The notes beneath the pieces were generated by a model that worked only from the letters and a program-made list of their open reading frames with translations, ran no database searches and was not told the DNA's origin. A stretch of DNA of 64,000 nucleotides. Origin: Paraspadella gotoi. Taxonomy: Eukaryota > Animalia > Chaetognatha. The stretch spans positions 15,664,105 to 15,728,104 of the forward strand of contig CM119267.1 in assembly GCA_051294375.1 (NCBI GenBank), in the 5' to 3' direction. Shown here piece by piece: positions 1 to 11,162 of the stretch. The position numbers and the translations under genes are program-made. Each line of letters begins with the position of its first letter. Positions within the stretch are counted from its first letter, which is position 1.

Positions 1-3000
1 CGACGCAAATCCATCGAAAGTTAGGCGCTTGGTGAACAGGAGGAGATCCCATAATCCCTGGTTTGTCGCTGAAGACTGGACGGTCGGCGAACCTATCAAG
101 CGTAAAAGGATCGTCGTGGAGAATTCTTTCCGAATCGGGTTCATGCTGAATCTTTTTTCCAAAGCTCCTCCGATCAGCACAGAACATATCCCTTTTATTG
201 TGCTCAGTTCTAGAACGCTTTTCAAAAAGTTTTCCCAATAATGGAACTTCCGTCGTTGCCTTCGGAAGATCGCTGAAACAAGACGAAAAATCCCCTTCGA
301 CCTCTGCGGGTCCAAATCCGTTGTTGTACTCGAAAACGGTTGGCGACTTTTTGTTAGGCTCTCGCTTTTCAATAATCTCGGGTGGCCGATTTATTATTGG
401 ATCCCTCTCACGAGGTTTGGAATAATTTTGTTGTCCTAAGACCACAGGACGATCCACAGGAAAATTCGAATCGAGTCCATCGCGCCGACTTGAAAACTCG
501 GAACGATTTAATAACGGTGGTGATTGCATTGCATCGCCGAAAGGACGAAATGGAGGTTGGTCGGAAGAAGTAGACGACGTTTCAAATGCCGAAGGCGGAG
601 GTCTCTCTATCTGCACGTACGGTAGTCGCAAGCCGAAATGCTTCTCCACGTCATCAAACTGTCGCTGCAAAATTCGAAAAACGTGGACCCGTCGGTTGCG
701 CCACATTGTCCCAGATTTAGCAAGGACAGTTTTCATGTCACCTTCACTCCGTAGCTCCGCGACAAAGTTTCCATTAATTTTGCCTATGAGGCCGAAACAC
801 GGGAATATTCCACGGGAACCCTGAATCGCGGGTTTCATGAACTCCACGATCCCGTTAAAGTCGGTGTTCCAGTCCATATTGGTCAGGGCCACGAAAAAAC
901 CGGTACCAACACCGGAACGCGGTTCAGAGTTTTCCGGTGAAGGTGGTCCTGAATAACGCCTGTCTGCAGACAGAGGCGTTGAGCGGCGATCAAATCTGGA
1001 GTTGTCGGTGGGGTCGACGTCGACGCTTAACTTTTGCGGACTCGTGCGAAAAGGTTTCTCAAACAAGACGTCGAACGGGTTTGATCTTTGCGGAGGAAGC
1101 AAGGAATCTATCGGGAAGGCTGTATTTGAATACCGCGGAATGTTTGGTGCTGGATGCGGATCGGCAGTCGATCGGGCCACGACGGCTTCAGTAGACAGTT
1201 CACTGCAAAATTGCGCTGGGAAAGAATTTGTCGGTATATAAGACCGACAATTTGCTTCCTCGTTACGACCAGAAAATTTTTGAGCATCAGCTTCGGGCGC
1301 AATAGCTTCATGATTGACATCTTTTGTCGGATCCTCCAGTGAAGCGATTGGGGCGGCGGAAATCGACGTTTTGACGGGCGAGACCGGGAGCATTGATTTG
1401 GGAGGTCGGTCGTGGTGCATTCCAAATGGCAAATCGTTCACCAAGTCTTCCTCCTCCTCCTCGATCTCGTTCCAGCTATCTGCGAGAGGTGGAGGCCGTT
1501 CGCTCCAGTCCGCCTCAGTATTTTGGCCCCGAGACTCCTTGGGGAAGAATTTCGAGGAGAAGTTGGTGTTTGAGACGGGCGGCCCGGAGTCATTATTTCG
1601 AGTGAAGGACAAACTCGATGAATATTCCAACGTAGTATTATTGTGTTCGTAATCTAAAAAAATTAAGAAATCAAAACAATAAAATCTTTCTCAATTACTG
1701 AAAGTAACCACCACAATTTATTCTTACGTGGAACGGTCCAATTGGAGAATAACGGTTCGCAAAATTTGCTTGAAGACCCTTCGAATCTCGTATCAGCGCC
1801 GTCGTTGGTTCCTGCGGTAGTGGAGTCAATGACTCTTCCATCGGCCACGACCTTATCGCTATTTGCTAGAGATATTGGAATGAGACGGTTGGCGCTGTCT
1901 TGCGGATGCTCGTTCACCACCGTAGACATACGAGATGATTTTGAAAGTGACGACGTCACCTGTTAAGATTAAGAATATTAATGAATTTTATTTTAATGTA
2001 ACTAGGTAAATATATCAAACAAAAACAAATCTTCAGCTCGCCTCCGTGGAATCTTGCCCAGAAAATGCGGGAATGACCCCCATCATTTGCAGCGCCTTGA
2101 GAGCTTCTTCAGCTTTAGCCATGATCATAGAATCGTTAGATGGCCCTGGTCGAGAGACGTCGCCTTTTACCGCTGCGTCTGAATGACTGTAAAGTCGGAA
2201 ATCAGTAAACCTGAATTAATCTAGAGCAAATAACATTGTCAATCTAAATATAGAGGCTAACAACCTATTAGCGCCATGGGAAGAGGTATTGTATTCTTTC
2301 GGCCCTCTTTTAGCCGCATTCTTTGCTACCCAAGACTGAGGGCTCGGCGAGGGGCTCCGCCTTCGCTTCTCCGAGTGTAGATGTTGTGTCAGCAGATGAT
2401 AATCATCGTTCATTTTATGGAAGGCGGAAGTTTCGACGGGAGTGGACGAATCATCTCTTTGAACGAAAAATTTGATCTGATGGGTGGGGGCCACGGATCT
2501 TAAAGAAAAAAATAAATCTTACTTTTTAGTTGGTTCCGACAAAAGAAAGGATCCACTGTTCAGACATGGGTCGGATGTAGGCGATGGTGACTCAGCTGCT
2601 AATCGCTCCCTGGGTAATAATAAGCAGGGTCATTATCAACATTTTGAAACAATCATTGTTTAAATTTGATTGTTGTTTTAAATAATGATTATGGTGGACT
2701 AAAACCCACCAACCGTTCATCAGCGGCCATTGGTGCCGGAGGCAAGTCATTCGCCTCCCAACCCAAAGGTCTGGGGTTCTAGCCCGGTGGTCGTCTGGCA
2801 GTTAAGAGGGACGGGGCGCTTAACCCGCCTGTAACATGGTGTTTTCAGCCTGATCCGAAGCTCAGGGACTGCTTATATTGAACGGTTCTATCACTTACTG
2901 ATAACAATAATTACTGTCTCTTCATTGGTGAGCCCGACTTCCGAACACAACGGCAACAACAACACTTTCAGGCGACATGCCTCAACCTGGCGATGCACTT

Positions 3001-4053
3001 TCCGCCCACAACACATCAGGCGACATGCCTCAACTTGGTGACGCACTTTCCACCAACAACAACAATTCACTGAAGAGACGCAACAGACATCTTCCTACGG
3101 GAGGGGGATGTATGGTGGACTAAAACCCACCAACCGTTCATCAGCAGCCATTGGTGCCGGAGGCAAGTCATTCGCCTCCCAACCCAAAGGTCTGGGGTTC
3201 TAGCCCGGTGGTCGTCTGGCAGTTAAGAGGGACGGGGCGCTTAACCCGCCTGTAACATGGTGTTACAGCCTGATCCGAAGCTCAGGGACTGCTTATATTG
3301 AACGGTTCTATCACTTACTGATAACAATAATTACTGTCTCTTCATGATTATATTTAACTTCGTCAAATTCCCATAAAATTGTTTAATTAAATTATCGTAT
3401 ATCGGCAGGAAATACGGTAAAAAACGGTAAAAAAGATGATAGTCTTACCTCGCGTCCGCGATGACCTGACTCATTTCCACTTTACTACTAAGTAGGAGAG
3501 AAATAGGCTTGGCATGTATGTCTCTTCCGGACAACATCATAGCCTGCCGAGCGTCCTCGTCCGAAGAAAAGGCGATAAAGGCGTCCCCGTTGTCGCCACC
3601 GATAATATGGACACCGCCATCCGGGATAGTGAGACCTAACAGTAGATTTATCAAAATTTTTTTTTTCAAAAATAATTAAATAAATTATTTAATTGTTTGT
3701 GCCACAGTTAATTTTGGATCACGTTGGCTGACTTTAGTCTTTTCTTAAATGACGTTCAGATTTTGGAACTCGTTGGTAAATTTCATTTATCAACAAACAA
3801 ATTGGCGACGAGGAACGCTGTGTGAAATTAATTATTAATTTCCGAGATTTAAACTCAATAAAAACGTTAAAAACAGTTAAAAAAACTTCCAACGGAGTTA
3901 AAAGCCTTGAACGTTCCAGATAAATAAATAAATTAATAATTTAGTGTTATACACAAACTTGACAAAAGATACGGTTGAACCTTTGAAAAAGACTCGTATG
4001 TCCCTGGACGACGCGCTCCACGGCAAATTCTGCAGCCTGATGATGACCGACAT
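1..4053 (-). CDS. RBM12: RBM12/RBM12B-like multi-RRM RNA-binding protein, multi-exon, 3' end runs off the window
   Basis: Exon 1 MSVIIRLQNLPWSASSRDIRVFFK (ATG 4053) splices to GLTIPDGGVHIIGGDNGDAFIAFSSDEDARQAMM...LLLSSKVEM, closely matching the RBM12 N-terminal RRM. A further quasi-RRM (FFVALTNMDWN...NFVAELRSEGDMKTVL...RRVHVF) lies at about 650-910. Confidence 0.85.
2724..2793 (+). promoter_or_regulatory. tRNA-derived module (Pol III A/B boxes) inside the LTR; copies also in the 3' LTR and solo LTR
   Basis: Acceptor-like stem CGGCCAT/GTGGTCG, A-box-like TGGTGC(C/A)GGAGG, Gly-CCC-like TCGCCTCCCA, B-box-like GGTTCTAGCCC. The anticodon and T stems are degenerate, so this is not a functional tRNA. 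Confidence 0.65.
2798..2872 (+). ncRNA. Twister ribozyme-like motif (P5-type permutation), 5' LTR copy
   Basis: P5 GCAGTT/GACTGC; AAGA; P2 GG/CC; conserved GA; T1 CGGG pairing with L4 TCCG; GCGC; TTAA cleavage motif (U2821^A2822); T2 GC/GC; P3 hairpin; P4 CCTGA-TCCGAAGC-TCAGG matching the twister L4 consensus UCCNAAGC. Confidence 0.8.
3219..3292 (+). ncRNA. Twister ribozyme-like motif, 3' LTR copy
   Basis: Same elements as the 5' copy, with a perfect P3 (CTGTAACA-TGG-TGTTACAG). Predicted cleavage at 3242^3243. Confidence 0.82.
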
Positions 4054-4302
4054 TCCGAAATTAATTTTCTATAGACAACAACAATTTCATCGAGTTGGTA
4101 AAATATTACGCTTTGTCTCTCTCTCTCTCCCTGTCTTTTCCTGCCTTCAATAATTCATCTAAATAAAAACGACAAAAAAAAATATCACAGGACACGCATT
4201 TAAAGTAGCGGTAGCCTTCACTGCTAATTTCTCATAGAAAATTAGTAACATGAAGTTGATGAGAAGACTTAATTTGCGGGGGGGTTCTATGTTCATATTT
4301 TT

Positions 4303-5251
4303 TCAATTCTTGTCATCTTCCCAATGTTCCTCGTAGTAAATGTTCATAATGAATTTCGCTTTTACACCTTGTTCCAGGGCCCAGGGAAGAAACACAGAGA
4401 AGTAACGATCTCTGTGGATCGGACCGAGACGGACGGGACCAGCGAAGGCGCCTTCATTAAAGTTGTAAATGCTTTATAACCAGTCGCTCATTTGCTTATA
4501 AATGTTAACAGTTACAAACCTAGAAGACACATCGGCAGCCCAAGTTGAATTCCTTCTACCCACTTAACAGAGATTTCTCCCAGCATATTGGTGTGAGCTC
4601 CGAGGAGGACGTGAAAAAGATCGTGACACTCTCGGTAACGGGTCATGACGTAAGCCAAATCGGCGTCGTCGACAAAGCGAACTTCCATCCGGGCGTCAGG
4701 CGAAAACCCCCGCGTGACGAGAAAGTCGTGGTACGCACCCCCGAAAGTTTCGCGAGGGAGAGTTGCCAAGTGATCAAAGTCGATGGTGGACGTTCGAATG
4801 CGGGGTCGTTCCTGAAGAATGCGTCGGCCGATGGGATCGTCGAGCATTTTGGAGCGCATCCAGCGCAGCGCCAGGTGGCCCGTCGTTTCTCCAAACGTAG
4901 AGATCATGTCGTCCCGCGAAGGATCAGAAATGGACATCAGACCTTAGGTAAGCGGGAGCGTGACGCGAAAATCGATGAGAGCAAGTTCCAAAATGATTCC
5001 ATTGATTAACCAAGACTACTTTAATTAAATTTACCAGAGCCGACGGTCAGCGCGAACTTTTGGAGGTAACTAGTTGAGACGTGGCCGGGGTACAGGGATA
5101 TCTCCGGTTCAACCTCAGTTTTTCCTTCATTTTGTGGACTCGAAAAAAACCTTATCAGCATAACAGAGAGTGATTCTTTAAACCGTTTACTGGGAAGTAC
5201 AGGATAGGCGCCCATAAAACTGGACCATGATTTGAAGAGTGTGTGTATCAT
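4303..5251 (-). CDS. COQ4: Ubiquinone biosynthesis protein COQ4, multi-exon
   Basis: DPSRDDMISTFGETTG...GRRILQERPRI...YVMTRYRECHDLFHVLLG...GEISVKWVE (HDxxH-x11-E motif); last exon FLPWALEQG...NIYYEEHWE. The start codon is tentative. Confidence 0.93.
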
Positions 5252-5439
5252 TGTTCCAACGTTAACATCTCTACAACTCTCAATCTGTCAATTACCATTA
5301 AAAGAATTCAGTAACAAATGGGAAGCCAAAATTTTAACTGAGAAAACTTGAAAAACTGAGGAAAATTTTTTTCTCAAATTACGAAACAGCGCACATCTGA
5401 TGGCAACATATTTATTTAATTAATAATAAGAGACGATGT

Positions 5440-5786
5440 TCACGAGGTTTCCCTTAATTCTCGCAGGCGACGAATGGCGCTGCGAACAGTGACTGCTGCC
5501 GTGGTTGAATGAGTCCAGGCACCGCCGGCGATCGTCTTCTTGCAGCCTTTGCAATGCCATATGCCCACAACCTAAGACAAATCAAGCTTAAAAACCTTTT
5601 CTTCCAAATATAAAAGTTATTCTCCCCGAAAAGTACCTTCCGTTTGAGAGCGTCCTTTCCGCAAAAGGGACACGTATATGTCGCGTGTTGCGAGACCTCC
5701 ATCTTCTTCACGGTTTTCCTGAGAGACGCTCCATAACGGGTCGCGTACTTTCCGGTGATACCAACTTTCTGAGTACGTTTGGTCAT
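5440..5786 (-). CDS. RPL37A: 60S ribosomal protein eL43 (L37a), 2 exons
   Basis: [24 protein letters not shown]...CPFCGK / [23 protein letters not shown]...[11 protein letters not shown]. Confidence 0.97.
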
Positions 5787-5950
5787 CTTCTCTTATTGAA
5801 CAATAAAATCTTTACAGATTATCTTCCTTTAGTTAATACTTTCTAATCAAAATTAAACATGGAAGCCAATACTTAAACTTTAATTCTTGTTTTTTTAACA
5901 ATCGAGAGGCCAAACCAAAAAAATTAATCCGAAAAACAAAACAGAATTTC

Positions 5951-6693
<743 letters not shown>

Positions 6694-7589
6694 TTATCAA
6701 CAAATGTCCCACATTAACTATGAAGTAGGACACGTTTGTAAAAAAAACAAACAGAAAACGAGAAAAAATTCATGAGCTTGAACATGAGCATCTTAAAAAG
6801 TAAATCAGATCATGATAACTTTGAAAACAGACTCAAAGGTGCGGATCAAGTTATAAAATAAAAACCTTTCTATTCTAAAACTATCCAGATGCCATTTTAC
6901 AAAAACTAAAATCAGTAAAAACAATCTACTTTAAATTTCGTATTGAAAAAACATATATTTTCAAGTTAACCCTAATAACCTATTCACCCAAAATTAAATA
7001 CTAATAAAACTATGTATAAAAACCTCAGTCTGGACAGGGAAGTTATTATTTTAATTAATTTTTAATTTATGTTTTAGATACGGCAACATTAAGTGGTTCA
7101 AATATAGACAGACATTTCTACAGAAATAGAAGAAAATTGAATAAAAACTAAAATCTAAATAAAATCTACGTAGGACCAGGTGGTCCTAAAAAGAATTGTT
7201 TTAGAAAAAGTAACATGAAATTAACATTTTGAACACATTTTAGTTACAAATAAAGTTCATAGATATAATTGTAAAGTTTGTAATTCAGGAAAGAACCTAC
7301 TTGACCCGTTTGCAAATCCAGTTTCAAGATTCATCTTGTACAAATCAATATTCTAGTGACATCCTTTCAGTGTCTAATAGACACGACAAGGAGTCCCTGA
7401 CTGAATTGAAATTGAAGATTGAGTTTGAAGACGTAGTCTGCTGCATCCATTACGAGTGAATCGGCAGTCTTGGGTGACAAACGACATGGTTCACATAAGC
7501 AGATTATTGGTGGAAGACAGAGGACTGTAGAGTCGGAAACGAGGCGAATTGGAACTTATAGATGCGGATCCAATGGAAGTAACGTTTGA

Positions 7590-8660
7590 GTTACCACGAA
7601 TTGACCACGTTCGTTCGCTTTCGGCTGAAAAATTTATCACATTGTGATTAACGGATAGGGATAAAAAATAAAATGGTCAATATATCGGTACCGTGCAAAG
7701 AAATATCCTCCCGGCAGGAAACGAAGGTGGCGGCGCTGCAAGTGAAGCCGTTGGAAGGGTCGTCGTCCTCGGCTTCGCAGTAACTCGCTCGATCAATGAG
7801 TTCATACTCTAAAGCGGGTGGGTCTGACCCAATGTATGAGCCGAGGTAAAAAACCACGGGAAACAAGATAATAAATAGGCTGATGAGGATCGACGCGAAG
7901 TCATCTTTCTTAATGTGGAGGCAATTGTTCCTTGCCCATTCGTCGGTGAATTCCTTGACCACGGCCGAAATATCCAAGCAATACACGAATTTGTCGCTCG
8001 CATCTTTTTTATTGGGCGACGCTTCTAATCCAGATCGAAAAGATTCAATCACTTTTTTGTAGGATGCGGAACAATTGTCGCAGAGTTTGAGATTGCGTTT
8101 AAATGCGTTATCTCGACACAATTGATAATCTTGTCGCTTTTTTTGAAATTCGATGAAATCGTCTCGTAGAGTCAAATTCACACCGGTTTTAGTTGATTTC
8201 CGATCGAAACATTTGTCGCATGACGAGTTTTTCCAAAAATTGAGAGTACTTACGGACTGATAAAGAAAATACATACATCTACGTATGCACATTCATTGAA
8301 AGATACTTCAAAAAAAAAAAAAAAAAAATTACTGACCTGCTCCCGAATAAAGTGGAGCGATACGTTTTGAAATTGGTTCAGACAGGAAGCGTTAAGGGGG
8401 TTCGGTCGAAATGCCAGATTCCAAACGGAGAATAAATCCATATAAAATTCGGAACAGACGAAGCAAGCGTTGAATGTCACGATGTTAGTCATCATGCATT
8501 TGGTAAGATTGTTGATAGAACCAACTAAGTTTTGAAGAAGCGCGTCGCATTGTCCGTCAGGTTCGATGGTGATGGATGATAAATCATCACCAAAAGAGAC
8601 AAATGGTAATAAAAATAACAATGTTAAGACCACCGCAATAACCGAGTCGATTCGCCACAT
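7590..8660 (-). CDS. OSTM1: OSTM1-like (osteopetrosis-associated transmembrane protein), multi-exon; 3' end approximate
   Basis: Signal peptide; Cys-rich luminal domain (C..C, W...SCDKC, CDNC..SY, CLDI, W..NC); single TM helix ending ILFPVVFYLGSY, as in the OSTM1 family. Confidence 0.75.
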
Positions 8661-8807
8661 TTTTTTTACTTTTGTCAATTCTGAAGCGTAAAAGTAATTG
8701 TAAAATTCATTTAAATTTAAGTAAATTGAATCACTTGAGCGACATCACAAGTTAATAATTAGAATCATCGCGAGAAAAGACAAAATTTGATTGGCATCGG
8801 GACCGAA

Positions 8808-10891
8808 TTATTCCAAAACCTCAAACTTGACGCCTCTTTCAACGAGACGCTCAACAATGGAGGTATTCTTAAAGGCGCTGCCAGGAGTCAGAACGCCTCC
8901 GCTTAGCGGAATCTTGTCCGATTCATCAAGAACCGTAATAGCAGCGGCCACCATGCAAATCGGCGTGGTGACGTATCCGGGTTCTGGTCCCACAACCTGA
9001 TTGTAAAAAACAATAAGATCAAAAACTGTAGAAATGCTTTTCCTGTGCTGGCTTAAAAAATAAACTAAAAGTTTGTACTCTTGTTTTGATTCTGCGCTCG
9101 GGTGGCAGCGAGTGCTGTTGCTGAGGATCCGTGAGACGTTCTGAATGACCGTAACCGAAAAACGTCATAGAAAATGAAGTCCCCTTTATTTGTTCTCGGG
9201 TGGGACCAGATTTCTAATCGAAGTCAAAATTAGTTTAGATTATTCATCATTACTGTTTATTTTTCGATTTGAACTCATCGAACCTTAAACAGTCCGGCGG
9301 TGAAGAACTCGGGAAATTTTTTGAGCAAGGAGCGCCCAAAGCTAAAGGAGGCGAAAAGTCCAAATACTAGTCCAAATAAGCCAAATAAAAAGACTCTCCA
9401 GCGACTGGCAACGGTATAAAAGCAAGAGAGGTTCAACCACCGCTCTTGACGATTTTCTGAAATTAAGTTTCGATTCAGACGTATAAGACAGCCCATGCTT
9501 AGAAAACGAGAAAAAAATATTCCTGTGTATAATCCTACTCAATTTCCGTAGAAAAGCTTTACTAACCGTAGTTAAAGTATTGAGTTCTCTGCACGACGGA
9601 TCTGTCTGAGCCGGGAAACGGAACCGCCCAAACGCCTCCGAGTTCTTCGTTCCGGAAAATGCTTGGTTTGCGTGATTTATATTTTCCGCGAGTGACAGTC
9701 TTATTGGCAAGAAGCTGGCGCCTCTGGATCCGCGTTTCCTTGGCATTAGCAAATCCGTAAATGGCAGATTCCCAAGTGCCTTTAAAATTTTCGATTGCGG
9801 TAGGCAAAATTTATTCAAATTTTTAAAAGTTTACGTTGACAAGCTTTTCTTTGATCAGAAAACTTTTTTTAACTTAAATTTAGTTAAACTTAAAATATGG
9901 TTATATCTTGACTCAAATCTGAAAAGAAAAAAAATTTTCATATTGGGCCTATTTATATAAAATACGAAAATGTAACGTAGTACGGTGGACTAAAATCCTC
10001 CAATCGTTCATCAGCGGCCATTGGTGCAGGAGGCAAGTCATTCGACCCCCAACCCAAAGGCCCAGAGTTCTTGCGCGGTGGTCGCCCCGCAGTTAAGAGG
10101 GACGGGGCGCTTAACCCGCCTGTAACACGGTGTTACAGCCTGAACCGAAGCTCAGGGAGTGCTTATATTGAACGGTTCTGTCACTAATTCATAACAATTA
10201 TTACTGTCTCTTCAGTAGAATTAGCAAAAAATACAATTACTTACCGGTGTTTACGGCAGTTCCTTCCGGTCCGGAAACAAACTCTAAATAGCTCTCGGCG
10301 TAGCCTAAATCCCCATTTCCTGGACGGCTCTCAAATTCACGCTGGCAAAAGACAAGTCCCATTTCACAGGGAATAGAATCGAAGCCGCAAGCCCCGATTA
10401 TGTAAACGCCTAGGGATAATAATGGTAAATAATTTAAGGGGCTCAATTTCGATCGGAATCCTAGAAGTAACCCGGAACCAACCTTTTTTCTCAGCTGCCT
10501 CGTGATAATCGAGCTGCATTTTTTCAAGGAAAAAGGGCTCCCCGCTAATGTCGATGTGATGAGCCCCGAACTTGACGCAGGATTGGACGACCTGCTCCCC
10601 ATAAAACCGGTAAGGCCCGACGCAGTTGAGGACGAGCCTAGCATCGCGACACATCGTGTCTATGGATTCTTGATCGGCGACGTCGGCAATGACAACGGGG
10701 ATCGACTCCAAGTCCAATCCAGTGGCCAAGGAAGCCGTTGCCAGAGACGACTTGAGTTTGGAAGCTGTGCGACCGGCCACGGCCCATTTCAGGGATGACG
10801 AAGAAGAGACCAGAACGCGGGCCAGCTCTTCGATCACGAACTGCCCGGTGAAGCCGGTGGCGCCAAAAACTACTATGTCGTGTGAACTCAT
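8808..10891 (-). CDS. SCCPDH: Saccharopine dehydrogenase-like oxidoreductase, multi-exon
   Basis: DIVVFGATGFTG...WAVAGR...LNCVGPYRFYGEQVV...DISGEP; GACGFDSIP; GPEPGYVTT...GGVLTPG. Confidence 0.95.
9981..10214 (+). mobile_element. Solo LTR of the twister-containing TRIM family, in an SCCPDH intron
   Basis: 234-bp diverged copy of the LTR (TACGGTGGAC...GTCTCTTCA) flanked by 4-bp TSD GTAG (9977-9980 and 10215-10218). Twister core retained at 10089-10162. Confidence 0.9.
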
Positions 10892-11162
10892 TTTTTAAAC
10901 CTTTTTAAAGCGAAAAATGAATATAATTAAAAGAAAATCACACGAACATCAGTAAGAGATTACGAAGTTTTATTATTAATAAAATCAAGTGTCGATCACC
11001 ATAAGCACTCATTCAAAATTAGCGGCAAGTAGTATCTTTCGCACACAAACATACAAAGGCAGTTTTGAAATTAAATATCATTAAATAAGAATGACTACGG
11101 TATACATCCGCTAGATGTCTACGGTAAATGAGATCAAGATTCAAATTACAAATATTACAAAT

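Larger units (their letters stand above)
2690..3344 (+). mobile_element. Non-autonomous LTR mini-retroelement (TRIM/retrozyme-like) in an RBM12 intron
   Basis: Near-identical direct repeats 2690-2924 and 3111-3344. PBS-like TGGTGAGCCCGAC at 2926-2938 (tRNA-Trp PBS TGGTGACCCCGAC with 1 mismatch). PPT GGGAGGGGGA at 3099-3108. 4-bp TSD TGAT at 2686-2689 and 3345-3348. The 186-bp internal region is non-coding and has a ~48-bp tandem duplication. Confidence 0.92.

Noticed and set aside
2700-2730. CTGATGA on the minus strand of the TRIM LTR as a hammerhead core
   Set aside because: No GAAA core partner in any permutation; the plus-strand twister fold explains the LTR structure.
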